Assembly: GCF_964204645.1 (NCBI RefSeq)
Contig: NC_134031.1
Span: 6,386,001-6,450,000 of the forward strand
Reading direction: 5' to 3'
From: Tubulanus polymorphus
Taxonomy: Eukaryota; Animalia; Nemertea
Length of the DNA stretch: 64,000 bases
Shown: positions 24,413 through 35,311 of the stretch, piece after piece
Layout of the letters: the number at the start of each line of letters is the position of its first letter
Numbering within the stretch: position 1 is the stretch's first letter
The notes under the pieces: model-generated
Databases searched by the model: none
Told to the model about the DNA's origin: nothing
Seen by the model: only the letters and a program-made list of their open reading frames with translations
Program-made: the position numbers and the translations under genes

Positions 24413-25173
24413 GTTATTTGACTGAATTTCTGCAGCGGATTTTCATACAGAAATATTCACGAATCTCTCGTCCCAGTAAAAGATATATGTGAAAATTGAC
24501 CACTTAGTTACACAATAAGAACTGATTGAAAATGTCATATAGAAATTCGCTTCGTTCCGGTGAGATTGGTAAAAATGTAATGGTGGTGTTTGGAAGTGTA
24601 CATATTGCAAATGCGAGTGAAACTGTTACAAGCATTAATTGTAGTACGTATTGATTTTATAGTTTTCTGACCAGAAGAAACCATTTTTGAACCTCTGAAT
24701 AACTGAGTTATCATAACAGAATTCAATGTAATGATCAAAGTGGACTACAAAATTGTGTTATTTGATCAAATAATTCATAATAACATCCGAAAAACTGGTT
24801 GGAAAAATGTAGCGATAAAGTTGGTAGAAGAATGAAAACCAGTACATTCACTGCAATAATTATCAATATAGCAAGTCTTGCGATATGTTCACATCAAACG
24901 AGATGTGAACGGGAAGAGCACAACTGCCGCACGTTCTAGAGATATTGCTACTATTAACCACGAGCTATTGACGGCTGCAAGGTTCATTAGAAATTCAAAG
25001 ATTTGAAAACTGATCAGTAAATTCATCATAAATATTGGACCTGTTTTGAAATGCACGAAAACAAACTGTAAAACGGTCATCAGTGTATAGGCCTTATTGA
25101 TACAGAACGTGGTATCACTAAGAGACAAAACGATAAGATAGTTAGCGTAAGATTAACTGCGGAGTCTGCAACT
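24413..25173 (-). pseudogene. Subfamily C GPCR pseudogene (copy of 16263-17222), 5' end lost
   Basis: Multiple frameshifts and deletions; homology ends abruptly at CTGCAACT (25173). Confidence 0.88.
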
Positions 25174-25781
25174 GGTTTATCTTCAGATCTTATAAATTCA
25201 ACTTTAGCAGATATACTTATTTTTCGGGTATTCTACGTCTCTGTAATTATTTTTATGATATTTTTCATATTTTCTATATGTTTTTTATTTTCTTCTAATG
25301 TTCCACCTTTGTAAAATTTAAACTCGATAGCAGATGGTCCAATATCACTTTCAAATGTTTCGGTTATTTCAATATCTTTTTTGTCATCTAATGAATTAGT
25401 ATAACTTCTAACATTTTCCATATATGGTCTTTTATTGTTTAATTTATTTCTTATTCTTTTAATCATGTTTTGTTTCTTATCATTATCTTTATCAAAATAA
25501 TCTTCACCTAGTATATCATCATTAATTTTTCTAATATGACTTTTAGATTTTAAATGTTGTTCATAATATCTTTTGTTACTGAATGATTGATTACATGTAT
25601 CACATTTATATAGTTCTTTTTCATTCTTCAATTCTTCTAATTTAGTTTCTAATATATCATCTTTATAATCTAATTTCAATTTATTTTCTAAGTGTTTTTA
25701 AGTTTTATTATGTCTTGCTTTTTGAGATTTATCTATATTAATTTTACATGTTGGACAGTAGTACTTCTTATTTGGTTCCAT
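25174..25781 (-). pseudogene. Two-C2H2-zinc-finger ORF, truncated; possibly the N-terminus of a Polinton-type PolB polyprotein
   Basis: ATG at 25781: MEPNKKYYCPTCKINIDKSQKARHNKT*KH..YKCDTCNQSFSNKRYYEQHLKSKSH..IIKIITET*NTRKISISAKVEFIR, with two in-frame stops. Confidence 0.55.
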
Positions 25782-25818
25782 TTATTGTATACATTTTTTT
25801 ATAAAAATTGATTTCATA

Positions 25819-26151
25819 CTATTCGAAATCTATATCATGGTGCCCTTTTTCATTCTAACCTTTATATATAAAATAGAAATCACCGGAACATAATTCTTCT
25901 AGATCGTGACTCGATGATCTATGAAATCTATCTGGTTAATATTTTCCGGATTTATATTTATTACCTTTTAATCCTTCATATTCTGGATGAATATTAATTT
26001 ATTACCATATTTATTAGTAGTTGTTTCAATATTTATAATTAAATATTTCTTATAAATTGTTAATTCTGTTAACTGATTTAGCATTTGTAGTAACTTTAAT
26101 TCTATCTAAGAATGATTTGTTGTTCTCACTGTGTACTTGTTTACTCTCTAT
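25819..26151 (-). pseudogene. Small frameshifted ORF of unknown function (possible OB-fold/ssDNA-binding protein of a DNA virus-like element)
   Basis: Reconstructed across frameshifts: ESKQVHSENNKSFLDRIKVTTNAK/LTELTIYKKYLIINIETTTNKYGNKLI../PDRF..DLEELCSGDFYFIYKG. Confidence 0.35.
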
Positions 26152-26996
26152 TTTAATAACAAATTGTTTATTAAAATTGATTTCATTAATATAATATTCA
26201 TTTATATGTTATTTATATATATGGAATTACTAGAGTTATTAGATAATAGTTGTTTCAGATTAAAGGTTGAAAGGTTGAGCGAGTAGAATAATAAAAAATT
26301 GGAGCTTGCGAGAATTTATCTTTTATCTTTATGAGCTCGACCTTTCAACCTTTGATCTGAAATTATATAAGATTATTTAATTACTCTGGTAATTCCTCTA
26401 GTCTATCTATTTGTCTGACATCGATTTTTTGAATTCTCGCGTGAGAAAACCAAACTTTTTTAATTCTCGTGCGAGAAAACCAAAATGTTTTGTTCTCGCG
26501 TGAGAAAAATCAAAAGTTATGAATTCTCCACGAGAAAACAAAAAAGACGGGTCAATCTACAGCCATACAGATAATTGTTTAGTATGGCCCGAATCAGCCA
26601 TCACATATTTTAGATAGACAAAACGGTAAAAAGCAACCAAAAGAGAATCTCAGCTATGGGGCTTTTTAAGCGATCTATGAATAACTTCGCGCTTGAATCA
26701 ACAATCGTTCATCAATAAGAGTACTCGAAGATGCAGCCTCGAAGATAAAATCAACAGACATCAAAACTGTTTTAATCCATGCAGTTGCACGCAGGCCGAT
26801 TTTAATTTGTCGAAGTAACCGGTATTCGTTCAAAGGGATTTAAAACGCCTAATTAGCCGTTAGATTTATCGGGAACGTCACTCGGCCCGTCATCACCATC
26901 GCGCTTCGTTCATATCGTATTTAATTGGTTGTCACGGTTTTTGAAAGGTGTCGCGAATATTACGATTCGACTGGAAATTGATGGCGCTATCGTGGG

Positions 26997-28100
26997 ATGT
27001 TCGTTGAAAACGTTACTGCCTCGTTAAGCGATCAACTCAGCTTTTGTCAGAGAATTCAAACTAACTCTATCAAATGGTCCGATAACAAACTCGTGGTTTT
27101 AACGTATTTAACGTGGTATCTATCGGCGTCAGTGATGGGTATGATCTTCAACGCATTCACGTTGTTAGTTCTAAAACAGTTCAGATCTGACATTTATTTT
27201 CTCATCAAAACACTCGCTATAAATGATCTGTTATTTATGATCGCTGCATTCATTCTTTATCCCCTGAGAACTGCTTACCTCTACGCGGTGTTGGGGAATA
27301 TTCTATTTTACATTCATGACTGGAATTTAGGTTGGATTTTTATCTCAGCCGCTGTGCCGTTTTTCTACATATTTCAGATGACACGTAACTGGTGCACTGT
27401 ACTGCTCAGTCTAGAGCGGTTAATCGTCATATTTTTTCCGATAAAATCTCGTAGATTCCCTAAAAAGTTGGTATCAAAATATGCAATGGCATTTACTTTG
27501 CTGCTAAGTTTTTGTGGTCATTTTATTCAATTTTTACCAGAAACTCGGCTTGAATTTATCAACTGCCCTGTCGATTGGCCGTATATTACGATACGCTCTA
27601 AGATATATTATCATTATCCCACGTGGTTAAAACATGGCATATGGCTTTATAGCATTTCCGGCACATTTATCTTCATGTATTTAACCGTTACAATCCCAAT
27701 TTTTCTTTTAATCTTCATCAACGTTATACTTATATCGGTGATATTTGTGCGCCAGGTTACTCGACGTTCACAGCTCGGTATTACTGATGAATCGACTAGA
27801 AGGGAAATGAGGGTTTTAAGGATGGTTTTATCGGTGGTTTCGTTGTTTATTATTTGCGAAGGTTTTGGTTTTATCGACCGCATGAGTCTCATGGGGTATG
27901 TGCCTAGGATTCCGCATATAATAACAATAGCGTTGGGATTTTCAATTACAGATTCGACAGTAAACTTTATCGTCTATTGCGCGACAAATAAACAGTTCAG
28001 AAAAGTAGCCATTACTATTTTAAGCGACTGGGCCATTTCTATCACAAACATTTCTCACTTCAAACAACGTACTTCGATAAACTTTGATAAAACACCATAA
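26997..28100 (+). CDS. Intronless class A GPCR, subfamily D (recent duplicate of 19056-20174)
   Basis: 367 aa, same motifs as 19056; near-identical TM2-TM4. Confidence 0.9.
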   Translation: MFVENVTASLSDQLSFCQRIQTNSIKWSDNKLVVLTYLTWYLSASVMGMIFNAFTLLVLKQFRSDIYFLIKTLAINDLLFMIAAFILYPLRTAYLYAVLGNILFYIHDWNLGWIFISAAVPFFYIFQMTRNWCTVLLSLERLIVIFFPIKSRRFPKKLVSKYAMAFTLLLSFCGHFIQFLPETRLEFINCPVDWPYITIRSKIYYHYPTWLKHGIWLYSISGTFIFMYLTVTIPIFLLIFINVILISVIFVRQVTRRSQLGITDESTRREMRVLRMVLSVVSLFIICEGFGFIDRMSLMGYVPRIPHIITIALGFSITDSTVNFIVYCATNKQFRKVAITILSDWAISITNISHFKQRTSINFDKTP

Positions 28101-29284
28101 ACGTGACTAAGCACTGATTTGCATCATGCAAACATTTTTATCGTATCATCTAGTTTTACATAATATGGGACATAATTCGGAGACCTCTGAACCATTTTAC
28201 TCATTGTCTTGGATAAGATTGACGTGACGGGTAAAATATTAAAGAGAACATCGAGAAAATGTAAAACATATCTACAATGGTAAACGTCGTACACGAGATA
28301 CTCGTATTGTGAATTTCAATGTGGAAAAAATATTCCATCGAAAGTGGTAAAATCATGCTTACTAAATACGAATTGAAGAAATTGCAGTCGCAATTAAATC
28401 GATATATAATATAATGATTATTTCGCCATGTATATATGCAGCATCAATGATATACAAATGATAAAAAGTTACATTCATGCGCGGCTGGATGCTTGGAAAG
28501 TCGCGTATGGACGTAACTTGTTATCATTTGCAATAATACACGATCAAAGCATTTTTCAACATGATAAGAAACGATAGCCAAGAAATTATATCGTGTCTAT
28601 TTCGGCCGAATCCTCGCTTCCCTTGGTAGACTTGCCATTTTACAATTGAAATCTTTTTCTGGTTATGTATCCTTTTTCAGGAATCAGATTTTTGAGTTTA
28701 CCGTGTTACATATGATGTGGATTTTAATTACGAAATGTTTCCTTTGCTTTTTTGTTTACTTCCCACAAAATAATTGCAGCAAAATTCCACATTGAAATCA
28801 CCCCTTCAGTTACGTATCCTCACCTATATTGCACGGTGGCCAAAATCAACAGAGCTCAGAAACTGTTTCGATTCGTTCTGGAGATTGATCTTCGTTTTCC
28901 GACGATATCACCGTCATTCTAAAATTGTTGCTCATTTAATATCTAAGCAACGCAGCGAAATCTCGCAGAAATCTTCGCTCGAATTTCCAGTAACGTAAAT
29001 GTAAGAATCAATCAAATGCTATGCGCGTGTGCAATTTAAAATCTTTGCAATTCAGTTAAATTATTTTGTTTTTTGTTCAGGTAACGCATGAAACTTAAGC
29101 CACCACCAGGGCAGTCACGTCTCTCCATCGTAAGTCGGCCAGGGGGTGGATTTCACCATCTATGCCAGCTGATGTGACACCTCCAGCGCAACAACCCCTT
29201 CGAATCTCGTTCGTTGTCTGCATCTTTTTAGATGACCGCCTACTACCTCGTAGATTCCCTAAAAAGTTGGTATCAAAATGTGCA

Positions 29285-29498
29285 CTACTCTCGTTAACGC
29301 TGCGCCAACAGTACTACGAAATTCTCTACCTATTTCACCGAGAGCATCTGAATCCGTTGAAACTTTTCATCGAAATCTTAAAACCTACCTTTATAAAATT
29401 GTAACCTTTTTTATGTGTTATCTATTGCTTTTATATTCGTAAAAAGTGCGGCGATCGTTTTTTCAGTTCTGCGCTATATAAATAAACAATTAAATTAA
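29285..29498 (+). mobile_element. L2-like LINE 3' end
   Basis: ..TFHRNLKTYLYK-type ending, then GCGCTATATAAATAAAC-AATTAAATTAA tail; absent from copy A. Confidence 0.55.
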
Positions 29499-30553
29499 CA
29501 GCCAATCCCGTCCAGTCATTCCCTCAGCTCATCAGGCTGACATACAGTCTTCGCTTACTATGCCAAGTACTGCGACACGAACTGCGGAATATTGAACGCG
29601 TCAGTGGAATATGTTACCTTGTCCTTCATTCAACCCGGTTACTTCAATCTGTGTTTTTAAATCTAAGCTCAAACTCATTCGTAAATCAAAGCTTTTAATT
29701 AAACTCGTTTAAATAATTTTCTCGGTTCTCTTATTCATACGTTGTCTGAATGAGACTATTTCGTACTTATTCCATTTAACCACGGAAATTCCAGATAAAA
29801 TGATTCTCAATTATTTCAGCATATTATAACTATAGCGATTATTATCGTAGAATAATTTCTCGGTATCGATGAGGGCATTTAGTTCCAAACCCATCCCAAT
29901 TTGATACGAACGGTTCCGTCAAGTATTGTTGAACCACATGTAGAGAGCGCATAAACTGGGGGTCGATTAGAAAATAATCAAAAATCTTCTCAAAAACAGC
30001 ATATCGATTCAATGTCATTGTTGTTTTACTCATTCATGTGGTTATGACGAGCTTTGAAGACACGAAACAATAAATTATTGAATATCATGCTATATAATCT
30101 TCTTTGAATTGTCGAGTTCTTAAGGCTCTAGCATTAGAACAGATGAATGTTAAATATGTTAAATGTTAAATTCTGAGTAAGACTAAGTTTAAGCAGTTTC
30201 AGTGGTCGTTAAATGCATGTGCAAGATAGGTTTATGTTCCATTTCAATCTCTTTTATATTGTCGCGAGTGAATCGAATGAATATATGTCATGTAGAAAGA
30301 TCGATTTCACGAAAATCAATATGACTTTTCTTGCAGATGGCAAGTATATATATATACATTCATATCTGTCGCAGTTGATCTATCGATTTGAAGCTTATTC
30401 CCTAACCATGTGTGGAAAAGAAAAATATGGGTTGTAAATCGAAAGAGCATACCTGTAGTCGACGTAAGGAACTCAGCAATTACCCGGCGAGAAAGGGGAG
30501 TGCAGATGATACTGTCAGCACAGAACACGATTTCCCAAACACTCTCGAGATTC

Positions 30554-31723
30554 ATGATGCAAAATTTTACTTCTGGACCACGAGGGATATTCATACCACC
30601 ACGACCACCGCCGTTTATCTGGGCTTTTATTCTATTTCTTCGCAATTATGACGTCTATGATCAAGTTACAGTCGCTAAGGAACTGTACATACATCCACTG
30701 GGAAGCGTGTTTAACTTTCTAACAATAATATTACTGGCAAAGTGTCGAAAATATCAGTCAGTTCGTTACACGTTCCCGTATCTCATAACTCTCGCGTTTT
30801 CAGATCAACTTGTCGTGCTGTTTGGTTTAAGAAAATTCGCTAACACGATGATGACGTACATAATCTTGAAATTCGAATATTATCCGAAATGTCGAAGTTG
30901 GATCGCGTTTGAAGGTAAAGGGGGCATTACATTTTGTCCATCTATTTACTATTATTGGTATTATTTCTATAGTTTAATAGAACAAACGATTCCAATATGT
31001 TTCATTGAGAATTTGCTCAAAAATCAAGCCATCACTGTGTCTAATTATATGGTTGTAGTGATTTCTATCGAAAGATTCGTCTCCGTTCGTTTTCCTTTTG
31101 TTCACATGCAGCACTTCACTGTAACTCGACGTAGATATGCAATAATAATTGTAGCTAATTTTGCAACTATTTTGAACTTGGATCTACCAATGTTTCATAG
31201 AATTATTGTACAAACTAGTGTCAACCGAACATTTTTTTACTGTGGTGGTGAGATAAAATACAATGCCATTACAAATACATACAGATCTATTGCGGTATTT
31301 GTACGGGATATAGTCCCAGCTTTAATTGTAGTTATTGCATCAGTGGCAACTGCTAGAATTCGCCGAGGAAGTAACACACGTATTGATGATGTCTCAGTTC
31401 GCACCAGTCGTCGTAAGACGGAGGCCAGTAAAACGTTACTTCTAATAGTTATTGTCTATCTGGTACTCGTAATGCCGTACGCTATCTGTGATTGTTGGAA
31501 CAAACTTGGAACATTGGTTTCATCGTTATTAGGTCGAAAAACAAGTAAAAATCCAGTCATCATATTTTTTACTAAGAGCGTGTGGTATTTTCTCCACAAT
31601 ATATTGACAATTCCTCGCCAGCTTACGTTCTGTGTAAATTTCTTTATATATATGACAACACTGAAAATCTTCAAGCTGAAACTAGTCAGTGGTTTCCGTT
31701 GTAGGAAATATCCAAAGCAATAA
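30554..31723 (+). CDS. Intronless class A GPCR, subfamily B
   Basis: Likely start ATG at 30554 (MMQNFTS, matching the paralog starts); LAFSD, ISIERF, LVMP, VNFFIY. Confidence 0.9.
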   Translation: MMQNFTSGPRGIFIPPRPPPFIWAFILFLRNYDVYDQVTVAKELYIHPLGSVFNFLTIILLAKCRKYQSVRYTFPYLITLAFSDQLVVLFGLRKFANTMMTYIILKFEYYPKCRSWIAFEGKGGITFCPSIYYYWYYFYSLIEQTIPICFIENLLKNQAITVSNYMVVVISIERFVSVRFPFVHMQHFTVTRRRYAIIIVANFATILNLDLPMFHRIIVQTSVNRTFFYCGGEIKYNAITNTYRSIAVFVRDIVPALIVVIASVATARIRRGSNTRIDDVSVRTSRRKTEASKTLLLIVIVYLVLVMPYAICDCWNKLGTLVSSLLGRKTSKNPVIIFFTKSVWYFLHNILTIPRQLTFCVNFFIYMTTLKIFKLKLVSGFRCRKYPKQ

Positions 31724-32293
31724 AAAGTATAATTCTTTATATTAACCACGAAATCTTACATAGGAATGATTCTCAATTATTCACTCAATGTAGTCCGCAT
31801 ATTTCAAAGTGCAATGTTGTATCGTAGAATGATTCCACCAGTTGTGTTTGATTTCTTCCACAAAAGGAACTCCAAAACGATTTATTTCTTCAACTTCTCA
31901 GTCAAATCCACATGGCTCTTCATAAAATTTCCAGGATGTGTTCAGCTTGTTAAATTGCACAAATGACATGTTGGAATTCTCGATAGGTCCCTCTTTGCAT
32001 CCGCTAAGGGGCATTATACATGATCAAACGTCAGAGGTCCAAAAGTGATTGTATGAGAAAATTTTCTATTTCCAATTCCATGATTTCAACGTAACGTCAG
32101 CGGGAAAGTCGTGGCTTACGACCTGCATTCAATTTTGTCCGCGGTGGCGCTTTTCTGGAATCGACCGTTTTAAAGCAAAAATATGGGAACCCCGTTTTCA
32201 GAGAATTAGGTTAATTAATGATAATAATAGCTCGGTTCTAGCTCCTTGATTATAACAAAGGTGTCATCGCGTGGAATGTTTTTGTAGTAAAAG

Positions 32294-32402
32294 CATCCCC
32301 CGGCAGGGATTCGAACCCGATGGTATCGAGATTGCCCCGGTACGAAACCCTGCCACACTAGACCGAGTGCCATCAGGTTCGAATCCCTGCCGTGGGAGGA
32401 TG
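32294..32402. mobile_element. Mutator-like MITE with perfect 9-bp TSD
   Basis: TAGTAAAAG at 32285-32293 and 32403-32411; the paralogous site at ~35905 is empty. Confidence 0.85.
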
Positions 32403-32499
32403 TAGTAAAAGATGCTTCAATTTATCGTTTAACTTAGTACCCTTAGGAAGAGATTTGAATTCATCAAATTCAATCGGAATTATCAGTTTTACTAATATA

Positions 32500-33035
32500 A
32501 GATACTTGTATGTAGATACGGTATTTCAGATGTCTACTTCGACGAGTACTTGGTTGCTTTCCGTAATGAGTATTGATCGCTATATCGCAATTAGATTTCC
32601 ACTTTCGGCGAGACAATGCTCTACAATAAATGTTGCACGAAGTGTTACAGGTCTATTTTTCCACAATCTTATTCGATGTCCCAACTTGGTGGGACTTAGA
32701 AACAACTCGGATAAACTCAGGTGAAGCGTGCGAACGCGTCGGCCTGAGATGGCTACTGCTATTAAACAAAATTTACTTGCTCTAATACGATTTCCTTTTC
32801 GTTGTGCTGAAGTTAATACCTGGTTTTATCGTTCTTGCATGCAATGTGCACATGTTCATATTGGTACGAAAGGTAGCCCGGGATCGGTGTCAAAATTACC
32901 CAGCAAAGTTGAACAACAGGATGCAACAAGCAGCAAACAAGGCGACAAATTACATTCATGATTATAGCGCTTTATGATATTCTTCATCGAATACGCATTG
33001 GCGTTAATAAACACGATATTGCCGGCATTTTTTTG
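32500..33035 (+). pseudogene. Subfamily E GPCR pseudogene (TM3-TM6 of 36299-37306)
   Basis: YLYVDTVFQMSTSTSTWLLSVMSIDRY followed by several frameshifts; 5' half and TM7 deleted. Confidence 0.85.
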
Positions 33036-33934
33036 AATCTGGATATTGCCCACAAACTTACTCGCCACATTTGATAGTTTGTCATTTCAACACGATCGGG
33101 AAACCAAAGGCCACAGAATGAAATTTCAATTAAGTGTATAATAGTAAAGAAATGAAACATGCATAAGATCTGTTAAGTAGTTGGCCAAATTTCAGTGTAA
33201 ATCAATGGTCTATCAGTTGCCCGTGTTTTCGAAACATTGTCTTATTCTAAAATCTAAAATGCATTATACAAAACATTTTGCTACGCACTTCCTGTTATCG
33301 ACAAGCATGGAAATTTCCAATAATACAAACACGAATAGTACAGTAGACTACCAGACAACTTGACGGGTGGAAAATATTCATGCAGCTCAATTCGAAATTC
33401 TCACTGAACTGAAGAGTTTCCAAAACCAAACACAATACGCATGTAGATACGGTATTTCAGATGTTTTCTTGACGAGTTATTGATTGCTTTTCGTAATGAG
33501 TATTGGTTGCTTTAGATCTTGCTATCAAATTTCCATATTTGTCGAGACGATCCTCTGAAATAATGTTGCAGTCTGAATGTATTTCATATTCGTATACGTT
33601 TGTAAGAGTTTTAAAAATTGATGAGATACACGTTACAGTATTATGGATTGTGTATATATTATATCTAATCATCACGAGCTCATCCTATATAAATATAGTG
33701 TCTTTAGTGGCTTGATTAAGATCTACGAGTTGAGACGAATTGTTCGTAATTCAGATATACGATGTGAATGCGATGATCATTCAGTTTTACCAATGGATCT
33801 ATTATTTTTCAGCGATAAAACGCGTGATGGATGGAAAACATATTAACGCGATAAATCACACCAAGCGTTTTTTTCTCACGTCAAGGATATCAACTAATAG
33901 CCAGATTTTAGAGACATTAATGAAAGACATTTAG

Positions 33935-34690
33935 ATATATTGACAATTCCTCGTCAGTTTTATTCTGTGTAAATTTCTTTACATATATAACACTGAAAAT
34001 CTTCAAGCTGAAACTAGTAAGTGGGTTCAGTTGTAGATGTCTTAGGAAGTATTCAAACCAATAAAAAAAGTATTATTTTCCATTTGCAACATTTTCCATT
34101 TACAATCTCACATTATTAGAAATTATTCTCAATTACTAACTCAATGTAGTCCGCAGATTTCAATGCGCAATTTTTTATCGTAGAATGATTCCACGACATC
34201 AACGAAACTTTTAGTTCGACTATTTCAAAATCCAACACGATTTTGTACATTCCTACCGGTCAGATATATTGTAGAAATAGTTCTTCATGTAAACCACGCT
34301 CAACAGCTGAATCAGTACAAAAAAAAACGATTTCTCAAACACTCGTGAGATTTACATTGCGATTACAATCTTACTTCTAGACTTCCAAAGATATTCATGC
34401 AACCTCAATTAACACCGCTGCCGTTTTCCCGGGTATTTTTTCAAAATATATCTTCGCCGAAAGATATTGTGTCTATGAAAAGGTTCGATTTGCCGAGGAA
34501 TTGTCAACATTACTTACCCACCGGAGAGTAATGTTACCGCGTGTTTAACGACTTTTTAATCGGAGTTTTACTCTAGTTGTACTCTTTGACTTAAGCATCA
34601 GTGGCAACTGCTAAGATTCGCCAATGAAGTAAAACACATATTGATGTCTTAGTTCGCGCCAGTCATCATAAAACGAAGACTAGTAAAACT
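33935..34690 (+). pseudogene. Subfamily B GPCR relics: 3' end at 33935-34065, degenerate 5' and ICL3 pieces at 34335-34690
   Basis: Matches to 31598-31725, 30530-30700 and 31338-31437. Confidence 0.65.
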
Positions 34691-34768
34691 GTCGGCTTAC
34701 CGTAGGCCGGAGTAGAACATGGGCAACTACCCGGATACGGCCGTCGCAAGCCAACTTACGTCGAACGG

Positions 34769-35311
34769 GGTAACAGGTAAAATTCCCCACGCAAAATTTG
34801 CCCTGGTAAAATTTCCCCCGGTAAATATCCCCCTAGGTTAAAAAAATCCCCCTGGTAAAAATCCCCCAAAATTTGATTTCACAGCAAAATTCAATAAAAT
34901 ACTTCAATATTCTTATGTTGAAAAACTTGAATAAATTTCAAAAATGTCAAATTTTCCGTGGTATTTTTCACATTATTCACCTTAGATAATCTGCGACTTT
35001 TACCAAGCTACGTGCATAGAAATTATTCCGTGACTTTAAGATACCAACATGTATAAAAAAAAATACATTATCGTAGTTTTGAAAATTTCTACAAAGAAAT
35101 CTAGTTTGTAATAGTAAAATATCTACGTAGGCCTACCCTAAGTATTAATGTAAAACGTATTATCTGTTTTCATTTAGGTTCTATACTTAAGTTTGATAGA
35201 AAACTGAACTTGGGGGATTTCTACCGGGGAGGGGGATTCTCACCTGAGGGATTTTTACCGTGTGGGATTTTTACCGGGGGGATTTTTACCAGGGTTTTTT
35301 TACCTACAATC
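34769..35311. mobile_element. Mutator-like MITE with subterminal GGTAAAAATCCCCC repeats, nested in an older element (~34683-35430)
   Basis: 9-bp TSD GTCGAACGG at 34760-34768 and 35312-35320; inverted arrays of ~15-bp repeats at both ends. Confidence 0.8.

Larger units (their letters stand above)
25174..26401 (-). mobile_element. Very AT-rich virus/Polinton-like insert with two degenerate ORFs and a terminal hairpin ending CTAG
   Basis: Absent from duplication copy A; sharp composition shift; two closely packed intronless ORF remnants; imperfect inverted repeat at 26223-26396. Confidence 0.6.
23260..30975 (+). repeat. Segmental duplication 1, copy B
   Basis: Direct collinear repeat of 13951-22970 carrying different insertions. 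Confidence 0.9.

Noticed and set aside
25804-25811. AAAATTGA as evidence of a giant-virus insertion
   Set aside because: Orientation is opposite to the ORFs, the motif is likely by chance in AT-rich DNA, and no NCLDV marker genes are present.
30410-30553. 48-aa N-terminal extension of the subfamily B GPCR
   Set aside because: Non-ATG ORF start; paralogs begin at the M-x-N-x-T position, and copy A has a deletion here.
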